From the NCBI GenBank assembly GCA_964509365.1, contig CAZDWN010000001.1, forward strand, positions 80,143 through 144,142: a stretch of DNA of 64,000 bases. Reading direction: 5' to 3'. Origin of the DNA: an uncultured Pseudomonadales bacterium. Lineage in GTDB: Bacteria > Patescibacteriota > Microgenomatia > UBA1400 > UBA12028. Of this stretch, positions 56,098 through 64,000 are shown one piece after another; positions within the stretch are counted from its first letter, which is position 1; each line of letters begins with the position of its first letter. A program made the translations under genes and the position numbers. The notes under the pieces were generated by a model. It had not been told where the DNA came from and did no database searches. It saw only the letters and a list, made by a program, of their open reading frames with translations.

Positions 56098-56468
56098 AAA
56101 ATGAAAAATACAAATAACTGTCAATTCGACAGGTTTTACGAAAAAATAATGATTGTTTCAGGTTATTAGCTTTACCCGTCATAGTTTTAACGTCGTCGGG
56201 CCAAAAAAAAACTCGATCCATAAAGTGTTGAGCTTCCTTGGGGACGAATGTTTGACCTCGTATAGTATATCATGCCATGCCCATTTCGTCCTCACTGGTC
56301 GTTTTTATTGAGGCTACCGTAGCGACCCAGATATATTCCAATCCGTCGAGGAAATACAGGTATCCATCTTCTTCAAACACTTGATCCAGAGTGAATTGTC
56401 TCTCACCTACCGAAAGTGCCATGAGGGCTGCTTGCTGTGTCTCGGTGAGTTGTGGCCGCTTTCGCACA

Positions 56469-57314
56469 TTAAATTCTATGGGCATTGATGCTGTCCCGCA
56501 ATGAGCGGGCCTCCGTGCTAGGGGTACTCGAGAAGATAATTTGACGTGAACTACTGATGAGCATGCCAGCATGATCGCTATTTTTCCCGGCAATCACCGT
56601 TGCTTCCAGATCTCCACCCTGCGCTCCGATTCCAGGGATCAGTAGCGGCATGTCACCGACAATTGAGCGGATTGCCGCCAATTCTGCTGGATAGGTTGCT
56701 CCAGCGACCAGCATGCAGTTGTCATTTGCATTCCACTTCTGGGAAACATTTTCCGCAACAATTTCCCAAAGCTGTTTCTCTTTTTTTTGAATTTTGATTT
56801 TTACATTTTGAATTTCTCCACTTCCCGGATTTGAAGTCTTACACAGGATGATGCTCACTTTGTCTTTTCGATCTAAGAAAGGCTGGAGCGCTTCTTGTCC
56901 GAGGTATGGATGCAAAGTGATCGCATCAAATCCAAGTTCATCAAAGATTGCAGTGACGTACCCAGCGTTTGTATTTCCGATATCACCGCGTTTGGCGTCG
57001 GCGATCGTAAAGATGTCTGGATGATGGGTATGGAGATAGTCCATCGTCATGGCGAGTTCCGTCCATCCCTGCGCCCCTCTTGCTTCATAAAACGCAAAGT
57101 TAGGCTTGTAGGAAGACACATATTCATGCGTTTGCTCGATGATCCATTTATTGAACTCATACTGAGGTGTATGAGATTTCTGAAACTCCGGAGGGATTTT
57201 TGTGATATCACTATCAAGACCCACGCATAAGAGTGAGCTGACTTTGAGCTCACGTTTTCTTAGTTTCTCATGAGCCGTCATATTTCCTCTCCAGATAAGT
57301 AGCTGTCTCGTCAC
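56469..57314 (-). CDS. pyrF: orotidine 5'-phosphate decarboxylase (type 2)
   Basis: LCVGLDSD signature of type-2 ODCase; 281 aa. Confidence 0.75.
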   Translation of the reverse strand: MTRQLLIWRGNMTAHEKLRKRELKVSSLLCVGLDSDITKIPPEFQKSHTPQYEFNKWIIEQTHEYVSSYKPNFAFYEARGAQGWTELAMTMDYLHTHHPDIFTIADAKRGDIGNTNAGYVTAIFDELGFDAITLHPYLGQEALQPFLDRKDKVSIILCKTSNPGSGEIQNVKIKIQKKEKQLWEIVAENVSQKWNANDNCMLVAGATYPAELAAIRSIVGDMPLLIPGIGAQGGDLEATVIAGKNSDHAGMLISSSRQIIFSSTPSTEARSLRDSINAHRI

Positions 57315-57579
57315 TCACAATCTCCTGCAAAGTGCTGCGAAGTGTACTCAGTAGCCCATGTGGATATTTGCTGATGTGTTCAACAAATTCTTGGTCGTAC
57401 AGAATTCCTGATTCGAGAATATTTTCGTACACTGCGGCATGAGCTTGTATAACCGATGGAAGAGTTTGAAGAGCCAAAAAATAATCAGCAGAAGTTTGAT
57501 TGAGATCAAGTTCCGTGAGCTGATTAATATACGCTTCAGCAGCTTTTAGATCAGGGCTTAGTTCTGTTAAGACACTCAT
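57268..57579 (-). CDS. hypothetical protein between pyrE and pyrF
   Basis: start set at the Met behind an aaaggaa SD; overlaps both neighbours, so operonic. Confidence 0.4.
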   Translation of the reverse strand: MSVLTELSPDLKAAEAYINQLTELDLNQTSADYFLALQTLPSVIQAHAAVYENILESGILYDQEFVEHISKYPHGLLSTLRSTLQEIVSDETATYLERKYDGS

Positions 57580-58223
57580 ATATTTCCTTTCGTTCCCCAC
57601 GAATGTGGATTTTTCATCCAGTCTTGTACCATCTTCACTTCCTCCTTAGTGATCTTTTTCATTTTGATTGCTTCTCTGAAAATATGTGCAAATGTAGTCA
57701 GTGTATGCAACCGCACGCCCGAGTTCGCAAATGCTTCATTCGCTTCCGTAAACTCATAACTCGTAATGCTCAAACAATCGGTGACTATTGCACCTGCAGC
57801 ACGAAGAGACTGGACTGCCGTCAGACTTGAGCTCCCTGTCGTTACGTGGTCCTCGATGAGCAGTACTTTCTTTCCGACGACATCTCCTCCTTCAACCATT
57901 TTTTTTGTTCCATGATCTTTGACTGCTTTGCGTACAAAGACCGAGGGGCGTTTGAGAACAAATCCAAGTGCCGCGCTATGCGGTATTCCTGCCGTTTCCA
58001 CCCCAGAGAGTACATCAAAACTGACGAGGCCATCTTCGATGAGTTGCTGAAATCCCTCAAATATTTTTTGCCACCTCGATGGATAAAAAGGCAACTTTCG
58101 GTTATCAACGTACACTGGAGAGAGCATCCCTGTCTTAAACGTAATTGGATTGTTTGGTGAAAAACCTACTGCATTGATCTCAAGTAGTGCTTTGGCAATA
58201 TTTTCTTGCGTGGTCATATCCAT
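57576..58223 (-). CDS. pyrE: orotate phosphoribosyltransferase
   Basis: FKTGMLSPVYVDNR and PRTase loop VLLIEDHVTTGSS. Confidence 0.8.
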   Translation of the reverse strand: MDMTTQENIAKALLEINAVGFSPNNPITFKTGMLSPVYVDNRKLPFYPSRWQKIFEGFQQLIEDGLVSFDVLSGVETAGIPHSAALGFVLKRPSVFVRKAVKDHGTKKMVEGGDVVGKKVLLIEDHVTTGSSSLTAVQSLRAAGAIVTDCLSITSYEFTEANEAFANSGVRLHTLTTFAHIFREAIKMKKITKEEVKMVQDWMKNPHSWGTKGNI

Positions 58224-58231
58224 CTTTCTTT

Positions 58232-58858
58232 TTAATTTGTACCAAAGTAGCGGTCTCCGTAGTCCCCTAGCCCTGGGACGATATATTTTTTAGCATTGAG
58301 ATGACTGTCGACTGCGGCTGTGAAGATCGCGACTTGCGGGAACTCCTCGTGGATAGCGTTGATCCCTTCAGGCGCGGCGATGACGCAGACGACACGCATC
58401 TCTTTCAATTTTTCTTTAGAGACGCGCCGCAGCAGATGCAACAGTGATCCCCCAGTTGCGAGCATCGGATCGGTGACGATGACGACGCTGTGGCTGGCAA
58501 GCTTAGGGAGTTTCCAGTAGTACTCACTGGCCACTGCCGTTTTCTCGTCCCGTGCCAGTCCGACAAATCCGATTTTTGACTTTGGTAGGAGGTCCATGGC
58601 GCCAAATAGCATCGCGATTCCCGATCGCAATACTGGGATGACGACGATCTCGTCGGCGAGCTTCTTTGCAGTGACAGTTTCAAGCGGAGTCTCTATGCTG
58701 ACGTCCTTAAATGACAGTCCGCGGATTGCTTCAGCAAACAAGAGTCTACAGAGGCGATCGGAGTGCCGCCGGAACTTATCCACATCCGTCTGTTTATCTC
58801 GCAGATGCGTGAGTGAGTCTTGGATAAATGGATGATCGATGATAAAGACATTTTTCAT
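58232..58858 (-). CDS. upp: uracil phosphoribosyltransferase
   Basis: IIDHPFIQDSLTHLRDKQT N terminus and PRPP loop; 208 aa. Confidence 0.85.
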   Translation of the reverse strand: MKNVFIIDHPFIQDSLTHLRDKQTDVDKFRRHSDRLCRLLFAEAIRGLSFKDVSIETPLETVTAKKLADEIVVIPVLRSGIAMLFGAMDLLPKSKIGFVGLARDEKTAVASEYYWKLPKLASHSVVIVTDPMLATGGSLLHLLRRVSKEKLKEMRVVCVIAAPEGINAIHEEFPQVAIFTAAVDSHLNAKKYIVPGLGDYGDRYFGTN

Positions 58859-58861
58859 AGT

Positions 58862-59263
58862 CTATTCTTCGTCAGTTTCAATCTGAGATTGATAGAGAGT
58901 CGTGCCAATATGCATATCCACATCTCCTGGATTCAAACCTGCCAATGCCAAAGCCGCAATGTGTCGTGACAACGAAAGATCAGTTTTCTGGACTGATTCA
59001 ATCTCGTCAATAATCGCGTCAGGACTTATTCGAATTCCAAATTTTTCTTCCATACATGCCTCCTGAAAAAGATTACTTTGAACTTCATCATATCGTGTTG
59101 CGCTTCTCGGCCCCCAGTCTGGACACGCGGGCATCCGGTACCAACTTCTCGGGTGTGGTGGAAATCCATTGTGCACCTGAAGCAAATGGTTCCACCACGC
59201 ATCTGTAATAGGTTTCAATGATGGATCGTCATGTTCAGGATTATAGTAAAGTAATTCTGCCAT
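58862..59263 (-). CDS. hypothetical protein (start revised)
   Basis: the listed 59296 start lies inside a terminator stem; Met12 at 59263 follows the T-run. Confidence 0.4.
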   Translation of the reverse strand: MAELLYYNPEHDDPSLKPITDAWWNHLLQVHNGFPPHPRSWYRMPACPDWGPRSATRYDEVQSNLFQEACMEEKFGIRISPDAIIDEIESVQKTDLSLSRHIAALALAGLNPGDVDMHIGTTLYQSQIETDEE

Positions 59264-59269
59264 ATTTTT

Positions 59270-59304
59270 TTTGCCGCAAAAAAAATCTCCCGCCATGGCG
59301 GGAG
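59270..59304 (-). terminator. intrinsic terminator ctcccgcc-atg-ggcgggag plus T8 (minus strand)
   Basis: 8-bp GC stem; terminates the 59416-59721 transcript directly before the next start. Confidence 0.55.
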
Positions 59305-59415
59305 GTGAATACTAGTCATCCAAGCGAGGCTTGGTGATGGTGATACTGAAAATGGTCAAAAAAAATGTAGTGGTGGGCACTAAAAATATAGACTACTCTT
59401 CGTTGGGGAGGTAAA

Positions 59416-59721
59416 TCAAGCGGCAAATCGATGTCTCATGACATTTGAGACGATAGAACTAAAAAAAGCCAAAGCTGGCTTGTTCATAAATGTCGCCTCT
59501 TTGATCCATGAATAGTCGTGATATATATCAGTAAGTTCTTTTTCTCCGGCATTTTCATCGTCTTTTTGGTTGGCGTTGTACAATTTTATGAAGGCACGAA
59601 CAAAAGCATTTTGTACAGTTGTATCAGTGAGTTTGAACATTTCAAAAAAATCGAGCACTGTCGGTCGCAACACCACTTCTTGAGTGACAGCAAGTGCCTC
59701 ATCATGATTCATTAGATCCAT
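59416..59721 (-). CDS. hypothetical protein
   Basis: 101-aa ORF. Confidence 0.4.
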   Translation of the reverse strand: MDLMNHDEALAVTQEVVLRPTVLDFFEMFKLTDTTVQNAFVRAFIKLYNANQKDDENAGEKELTDIYHDYSWIKEATFMNKPALAFFSSIVSNVMRHRFAA

Positions 59722-59724
59722 TTC

Positions 59725-60372
59725 CTACACCTCCAACTTTTCTTTTACTTTTGCCCAGATTTGCTGTTCGACAGTCTCCATATCAGTGTTTGCGTCGATG
59801 GTGACCCAGCGATGATGGTCATTTGCGTCTGCGAGTGTCTTGTACGCCGCACGGACCTGATCATGGAATGAGAGATTTTCCATTTCCATGCGATTGCTTC
59901 CTCCAGCTTGCGCTTGTCTTTTGAGTCCGGTGCTCGTATCGACATCGAGGAAAAAAGTGAGATCTGGGTACGTATCTTTCGTAGAGAGTTTATTGAGCTC
60001 TTCGATCTTGTCGATCCCAAATTGTCTGACGATCCCTTGATAGACCACTGAAGAGTCACGAGTTCGATCCATGAGGACGATTTTTTGAGCTTCGAGACTT
60101 GGGAGCACCAGTTCTCGGTACACTTGGGCACGGGCAGCCTGGAAGAGTAGGACTTCGGCGGTATATGCGATGCCGATATTTTTTGCAGATAAGACGACTT
60201 CGCGGATTTGTTCGGAGATCGCGGTCCCCCCTGGTTCGCGCACGACGACGACATCAAAACCTTCCTTGGTAAGATGGTCGCGCAGGCGCACAATCTGCGT
60301 CGACTTCCCCCCGCCTTCGCCACCTTCAAATGAGATTAAGAAACCTTTTTGCATATGAACAACATACCACAT
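59725..60372 (-). CDS. tmk: thymidylate kinase
   Basis: FEGGEGGGKSTQ P-loop and REPGGT motif. Confidence 0.8.
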   Translation of the reverse strand: MWYVVHMQKGFLISFEGGEGGGKSTQIVRLRDHLTKEGFDVVVVREPGGTAISEQIREVVLSAKNIGIAYTAEVLLFQAARAQVYRELVLPSLEAQKIVLMDRTRDSSVVYQGIVRQFGIDKIEELNKLSTKDTYPDLTFFLDVDTSTGLKRQAQAGGSNRMEMENLSFHDQVRAAYKTLADANDHHRWVTIDANTDMETVEQQIWAKVKEKLEV

Positions 60373-60440
60373 TTACTTCGTTTTGTTGTCATCCTGAGCA
60401 CTCGAATGTACTCACTCGAGGGTCGAATGGATAGTTTTTT

Positions 60441-60725
60441 TTATTTGCCTCCAAATTGAGCTTTCGATTGAATTTGCATCCGTTCGTGGACCGATTTATT
60501 GATAAAAGAATCCTTTGGAAGACTGGCAGTACTTTGAGGTGCTTGGACCGATGAGCGGATATCTTTCATCTCTTTTGCAGCGTAAGTGCTTGCTTGCTGG
60601 GTGAAACTCTCCTGGCTATTGTTCTTGATTGCGTAGGGAGCGTTATCTTGCGGTTGCGTGCTATCAGCCAATTTGATTTTATCTTGGAGTGATTTACGGA
60701 ATTGCCCAGGAGTAAAACGAGACAT
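60441..60725 (-). CDS. hypothetical protein
   Basis: 94-aa ORF. Confidence 0.3.
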   Translation of the reverse strand: MSRFTPGQFRKSLQDKIKLADSTQPQDNAPYAIKNNSQESFTQQASTYAAKEMKDIRSSVQAPQSTASLPKDSFINKSVHERMQIQSKAQFGGK

Positions 60726-60729
60726 AGAT

Positions 60730-61068
60730 TTATGCCTTCACTTCCCTTGGTTGGAGGCTTAGGCCCCATGACGTTGTCTGTATCGCGGCATTGTCATTTA
60801 TGCGAAGAACTGTCAGTTTGTCTGTGAGTCTAGGAGATGCCGCTCTTTTTATCGAATTTTGGGAAATAAGTAGGCCAGCCCATTCCACCGCTTGGAACTC
60901 AGGTACAGTCGAGATTTTAGATAATTCAAGAATGAGGCAATATGCATTTGCCCGTAGCACTTGAGCCGGTTCCAAATCTTGACAATGGCTCTCGACCATT
61001 CTCAGCCGAAATACGGTTTCAATATTATTTATCTCTGATATATCCATTTCTTGCACAGGCATATACAT
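60730..61068 (-). CDS. hypothetical protein
   Basis: 112-aa ORF. Confidence 0.3.
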   Translation of the reverse strand: MYMPVQEMDISEINNIETVFRLRMVESHCQDLEPAQVLRANAYCLILELSKISTVPEFQAVEWAGLLISQNSIKRAASPRLTDKLTVLRINDNAAIQTTSWGLSLQPREVKA

Positions 61069-61127
61069 CTCCGCTTTAATATGGCCAAAGTATCACAAAA
61101 AATGTGGGAAAACACAAGTGGCCTTGC

Positions 61128-62720
61128 TCACGCAGGATCTTGTTCGTAGTGGGTGCCGGTTTTGATGGATTCCTCGGCTTTCTGAAGTTCCAAACCGATA
61201 TACATGAGGTGACCGGGGATCGTGATGTAGTTCCAGTCAGTGATTTGCCAGGCTACTTCCTGAGCAGTGCGGCCTTCAAACATTTTGAGGGCAGGTCCTC
61301 CATTCGGTTCATAGATCGTAGCCCGAATGAGTTTCCCTCCCTCTTTTGGCATTTTCTTCAGCATGCGCTCGACCGCCATCGGTACAGACTCGTTTTCGTA
61401 GCGCTTCGACCAGTACGGAAAGCTCTGAGCATCAGACTCATTGATCACTTCGACGATGGCATTGCCTCGACTATCAAAATCAAAATGCACTTGCGGCGTG
61501 TATCCAAGTTCTTTCTCATAGTGTTTCATGAGCAGCTCATCGACGAGCGCAAAGTCATCAGCGTACATGTGAGCACTATGGGTGATCATGGTGAGCGGTC
61601 CCATCGCCATCCCGGCGCTGTCGGCAATATCTTTTTGAAGTTTGCGCAGTGCAAATGTATTGCGAGGCCAACCATGCACCATATCTTGACTGCGAAAGTG
61701 GCATGTAAAGAAAAATTTATCGTCCTGGACAGATCCTAAGACCATCGTGAGACAAGGAGTGTCGCCTTTGTTCGCTTCGGCCCAGTCACGTTTGGGATCG
61801 ATTGTGATCGCCACCATTTTTTTGCTATCGGGACGAAGTTGAATGAGTTTCTTTATCTCGTCGACTTGATTGACACCGAGATCTTCGCGCAGTCGTTTGC
61901 CATAATTGTAAGCGACTCCAGGGATAGACCTGGCAGTCATCATCTCAGCGTAGTAGGATTCGAGTTCAAATCGTGCGAATGGAAGATATTCGGGAAAATA
62001 AATTTCGTCGGGATCCTCATCAGTGATGACGGCAGTGAGATTCAAGATTTCTTTGAGACTATTATCTTTTGAGTATCTTGTGTGTTTCGGTCTGCCATAC
62101 TTTGATATCTCATTAAGTAGTTTGAGCCAGGTCATTGCCACTTTTGGCGAGCCGACGCGAAACCCAGATTGCTCACTTGGTAGGAGTTGGATCTTTGGCT
62201 CACTTCGTGGGAATTCTCGCGAACGTTTGGCAAATGGCTCGATTGTTTTTTCAGAGAGCTCTTTTGCTTTTGTGACCATCTCGACAGCAGTCTTCCCTCG
62301 CATATCCACGACCGCCACCATTTGCCGAAACTCTTGCAACATGTCTTCTGGGAGCATGTCTTCGATCTCTCCTCGTGCACCGACGATGCGTCGATTTTCG
62401 TCCACTCCGTTTTCAATAAATTTTTTGAGAGACTGCCCCGACTGGCTCATCTCTGCACCCCAGATCAAGATGACACGGATATGCGGATTCGCAAAGATAT
62501 TGCGGATCATCGCATTGATGCCTTGTGCGCTGTAGAGATTGCCGATGGTATTGTAGTCGACGTCCTTTAAAAGTCCTTCAACTGCCTGACGCTCTGTCCA
62601 GAGGCAGCAGATCGCCAAATGATGCTCAGGGTTTTTCACTTTGAGAACATCTTTATAAAATAGCGGCCAGTGGGACAAATCGATAGGCATCGCTGGTGAA
62701 CATAGCAAACCCAAAATCAA
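61128..62720 (-). CDS. thymidylate-synthase-fold enzyme with ~165-aa N-terminal and ~100-aa C-terminal extensions
   Basis: aligns by eye to ThyA: DSKKMVAITIDPKRDW...PC(L) ~ DSRRIIVSAWNP...PCH; RSQDMVHGWPRN ~ RSADMFLGVPFN; GPLTMITHSAHMY ~ GEFIHTLGDAHIY. Confidence 0.65.
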   Translation of the reverse strand: MILGLLCSPAMPIDLSHWPLFYKDVLKVKNPEHHLAICCLWTERQAVEGLLKDVDYNTIGNLYSAQGINAMIRNIFANPHIRVILIWGAEMSQSGQSLKKFIENGVDENRRIVGARGEIEDMLPEDMLQEFRQMVAVVDMRGKTAVEMVTKAKELSEKTIEPFAKRSREFPRSEPKIQLLPSEQSGFRVGSPKVAMTWLKLLNEISKYGRPKHTRYSKDNSLKEILNLTAVITDEDPDEIYFPEYLPFARFELESYYAEMMTARSIPGVAYNYGKRLREDLGVNQVDEIKKLIQLRPDSKKMVAITIDPKRDWAEANKGDTPCLTMVLGSVQDDKFFFTCHFRSQDMVHGWPRNTFALRKLQKDIADSAGMAMGPLTMITHSAHMYADDFALVDELLMKHYEKELGYTPQVHFDFDSRGNAIVEVINESDAQSFPYWSKRYENESVPMAVERMLKKMPKEGGKLIRATIYEPNGGPALKMFEGRTAQEVAWQITDWNYITIPGHLMYIGLELQKAEESIKTGTHYEQDPA

Positions 62721-62738
62721 CTTGCAAGAAGAAGTGCT

Positions 62739-63731
62739 TTACACCGCGCTGTAGGTGACGCCTCGTGTAGTTCCATTTTTCACTATCAATTTTTTTTTGA
62801 GCAAATCATTGACGTCAAAGCTCAGCGTACGACGAGGAATAGTGGGAAAACGCCTGGCGATCAAATCGAGAGAGCAAAACGGATGATCTTTGATGATCTC
62901 AAGGATCTCGTGACGTCGCGGGAGGAGGTTTAAAGGCTTCCCTTCTTTCTCAGGAAGTTTGGTATCGCGGATCTCATCTAAGACTTGTTCAAATCCCCAG
63001 ATGATCGAGTCCAACAAGAATGATTCAAAGTCTTCAATCGTTTTATTGCTTTGCTCCAGATAAAAATAATATTTATCTCGCTGCCGCTCAAAGTATTGGT
63101 CGATTGGGATGACGACATTTTTTGGGGCGATCTCGAATCTCGCGAGAAGAAGATGTAAGAGCACTCGCCCGACCCGACCATTCCCATCGATGAATGGATG
63201 GATTTTTTCAAAAAACAGATGCAGTGGAGCCACTGACAGTAATGCATTTTTTCCTGTATCAATCTTATTAAAAGTAGTTAGAAATGCATCAAGCATCGCA
63301 TCCATCGTCTCGCGATCTGGGGTTAAATACACGGCGTTTCCAAAGGCATCAAAAATAGCAGTTTGCTCTCGCCTGAGCTTCCCAGCATCACTCGATACCG
63401 TATCGAGGATGATTGTGTGGATTTCTTGGAGTGTGATGAGTGAGAGCTTTTCTGTCCATCGAGGCAACAGAGTCAATGTCCTCATAACATTCGCTATTTC
63501 TTTTTTGGATTTTGAATTTTGAATTTTGGAATTTTCGAACTCCTCAAGAGTGAGCGCGTTTCCTTCGATGCGCGCCGAGAACAAGGACGATTTGAGATAT
63601 TGCGTATGAAAGACGCGTTGCGCGAGCTCCGGTGGGATCGGCAGATGCTTCAACGTTTCTGAGAGGACGAAAATCCTTGAGATTTTGGAATCGATTTCTG
63701 GTGTAGACTCGAGACTAGTTATTTCCAGCAT
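62739..63731 (-). CDS. Fic-family protein (AMPylator-type)
   Basis: HPFIDGNGRVGR Fic motif. Confidence 0.8.
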   Translation of the reverse strand: MLEITSLESTPEIDSKISRIFVLSETLKHLPIPPELAQRVFHTQYLKSSLFSARIEGNALTLEEFENSKIQNSKSKKEIANVMRTLTLLPRWTEKLSLITLQEIHTIILDTVSSDAGKLRREQTAIFDAFGNAVYLTPDRETMDAMLDAFLTTFNKIDTGKNALLSVAPLHLFFEKIHPFIDGNGRVGRVLLHLLLARFEIAPKNVVIPIDQYFERQRDKYYFYLEQSNKTIEDFESFLLDSIIWGFEQVLDEIRDTKLPEKEGKPLNLLPRRHEILEIIKDHPFCSLDLIARRFPTIPRRTLSFDVNDLLKKKLIVKNGTTRGVTYSAV

Positions 63732-63833
63732 TGCCTAATACTGCCAGATACTGCCTAATCTTGCAAGATGCTGCGTATTTATTGCCAAATATCCCCTTTT
63801 TGAAGATCCAAAAACTCGTTTATCGGATGTATC

Positions 63834-64000
63834 TTATTTCAAGTTCAGTACTATTCCAAAATTTTCCTCGAATCGTGTTTGAAACTCATCGACCGAAAAA
63901 GAATGTTCTTGACCACCAAAGTTTTCTACTGCGTATGCAGACGAAATAGCTCCCATCTTGCCGCAGATTTCTAAAGGAAGTCCTGCTAAGTATCCACGGA
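63834..64000 (-). CDS. partial pfkB-family sugar/nucleoside kinase (C terminus only, runs off the window)
   Basis: minus-strand frame gives ...GYLAGLPLEICGKMGAISSAYAVENFGGQEHS...LNLK then TAA at 63834-63836, a typical ribokinase-family C terminus. Confidence 0.45.
   Translation of the reverse strand, partial: RGYLAGLPLEICGKMGAISSAYAVENFGGQEHSFSVDEFQTRFEENFGIVLNLK

Noticed and set aside
56270-56593. 107-aa ORF overlapping the 3' end of pyrF in another frame
   Set aside because: pyrF (LCVGLDSD signature) is clearly the real gene. At most a ~49-aa remnant (56270-56419) could be an independent small ORF, and there is no supporting signal.
61128-61650. Bifunctional DHFR-TS interpretation of the ThyA-fold protein N-terminal extension
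   Set aside because: The N-terminal 165 aa lack the DHFR glycine-rich nucleotide-binding motifs and overall pattern. The domain is left as unknown.
63503-63538. Tandem heptamer repeat ttttggattttgaattttgaattttggaattttcg inside the Fic gene
   Set aside because: It is in frame and encodes a short low-complexity loop (FENSKIQNSKSKKE). It is probably just a slippage-prone low-complexity stretch with no evidence of function.
1-64000. tRNA/rRNA genes, prophage or IS elements
   Set aside because: I saw no T-arm/acceptor-like cloverleaf candidates, no rRNA-like conserved stretches, and no integrase, transposase or terminal inverted repeats on visual scan. Only a tRNAscan/Infernal run would be decisive.

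Overview
This 64-kb window appears to come from a compact, gene-dense bacterial genome; a CPR/Patescibacteria-like lineage is my inference, not a demonstrated fact. Nearly every gene is on the minus strand. Standard stop codons including TGA are used at conserved protein ends. I found no tRNA, rRNA, CRISPR, integrase or transposase. Content falls into three blocks. (1) 0-17 kb is housekeeping: dnaX, ybeY, rpsU, HIT, a DHH phosphoesterase, proS, prs, secDF, an M29 aminopeptidase, rdgB and nth. (2) 17.9-34 kb is a cell-surface island. Its core is a tandem array of three paralogous giant Cys-rich secreted proteins (1243, 835 and 812 aa) that share a conserved C-terminal module and tail motif. Two of them overlap, tail to tail, paralogous membrane-anchored partner genes. 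Several SH3b-type secreted proteins lie nearby. Next comes rseP-frr / tsf-rpsB, a LOG/SLOG-like protein, more SH3b proteins, a DUF4258 toxin-like gene and a TraD/VirD4-like P-loop ATPase. (3) 46-64 kb is a dense nucleotide salvage, house-cleaning and DNA-repair island. It holds folD, nfo, glyA, two HD hydrolases, an APH-like kinase, a deoxynucleoside kinase, MazG-like and Maf-like proteins, pyrF, pyrE, upp, tmk, a Fic protein, a partial pfkB kinase, and an unusual 530-aa thymidylate-synthase-fold protein with large N- and C-terminal extensions. Non-coding signals include a recurrent GATC-rich octamer tandem-repeat family in 5' leaders, a 35-nt element present twice, twin conserved hairpins, a structured rpsB leader, and several intrinsic terminators that sit directly against downstream start codons. 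Two of the listed ORF starts (rpsB and the 58862 gene) look over-extended.
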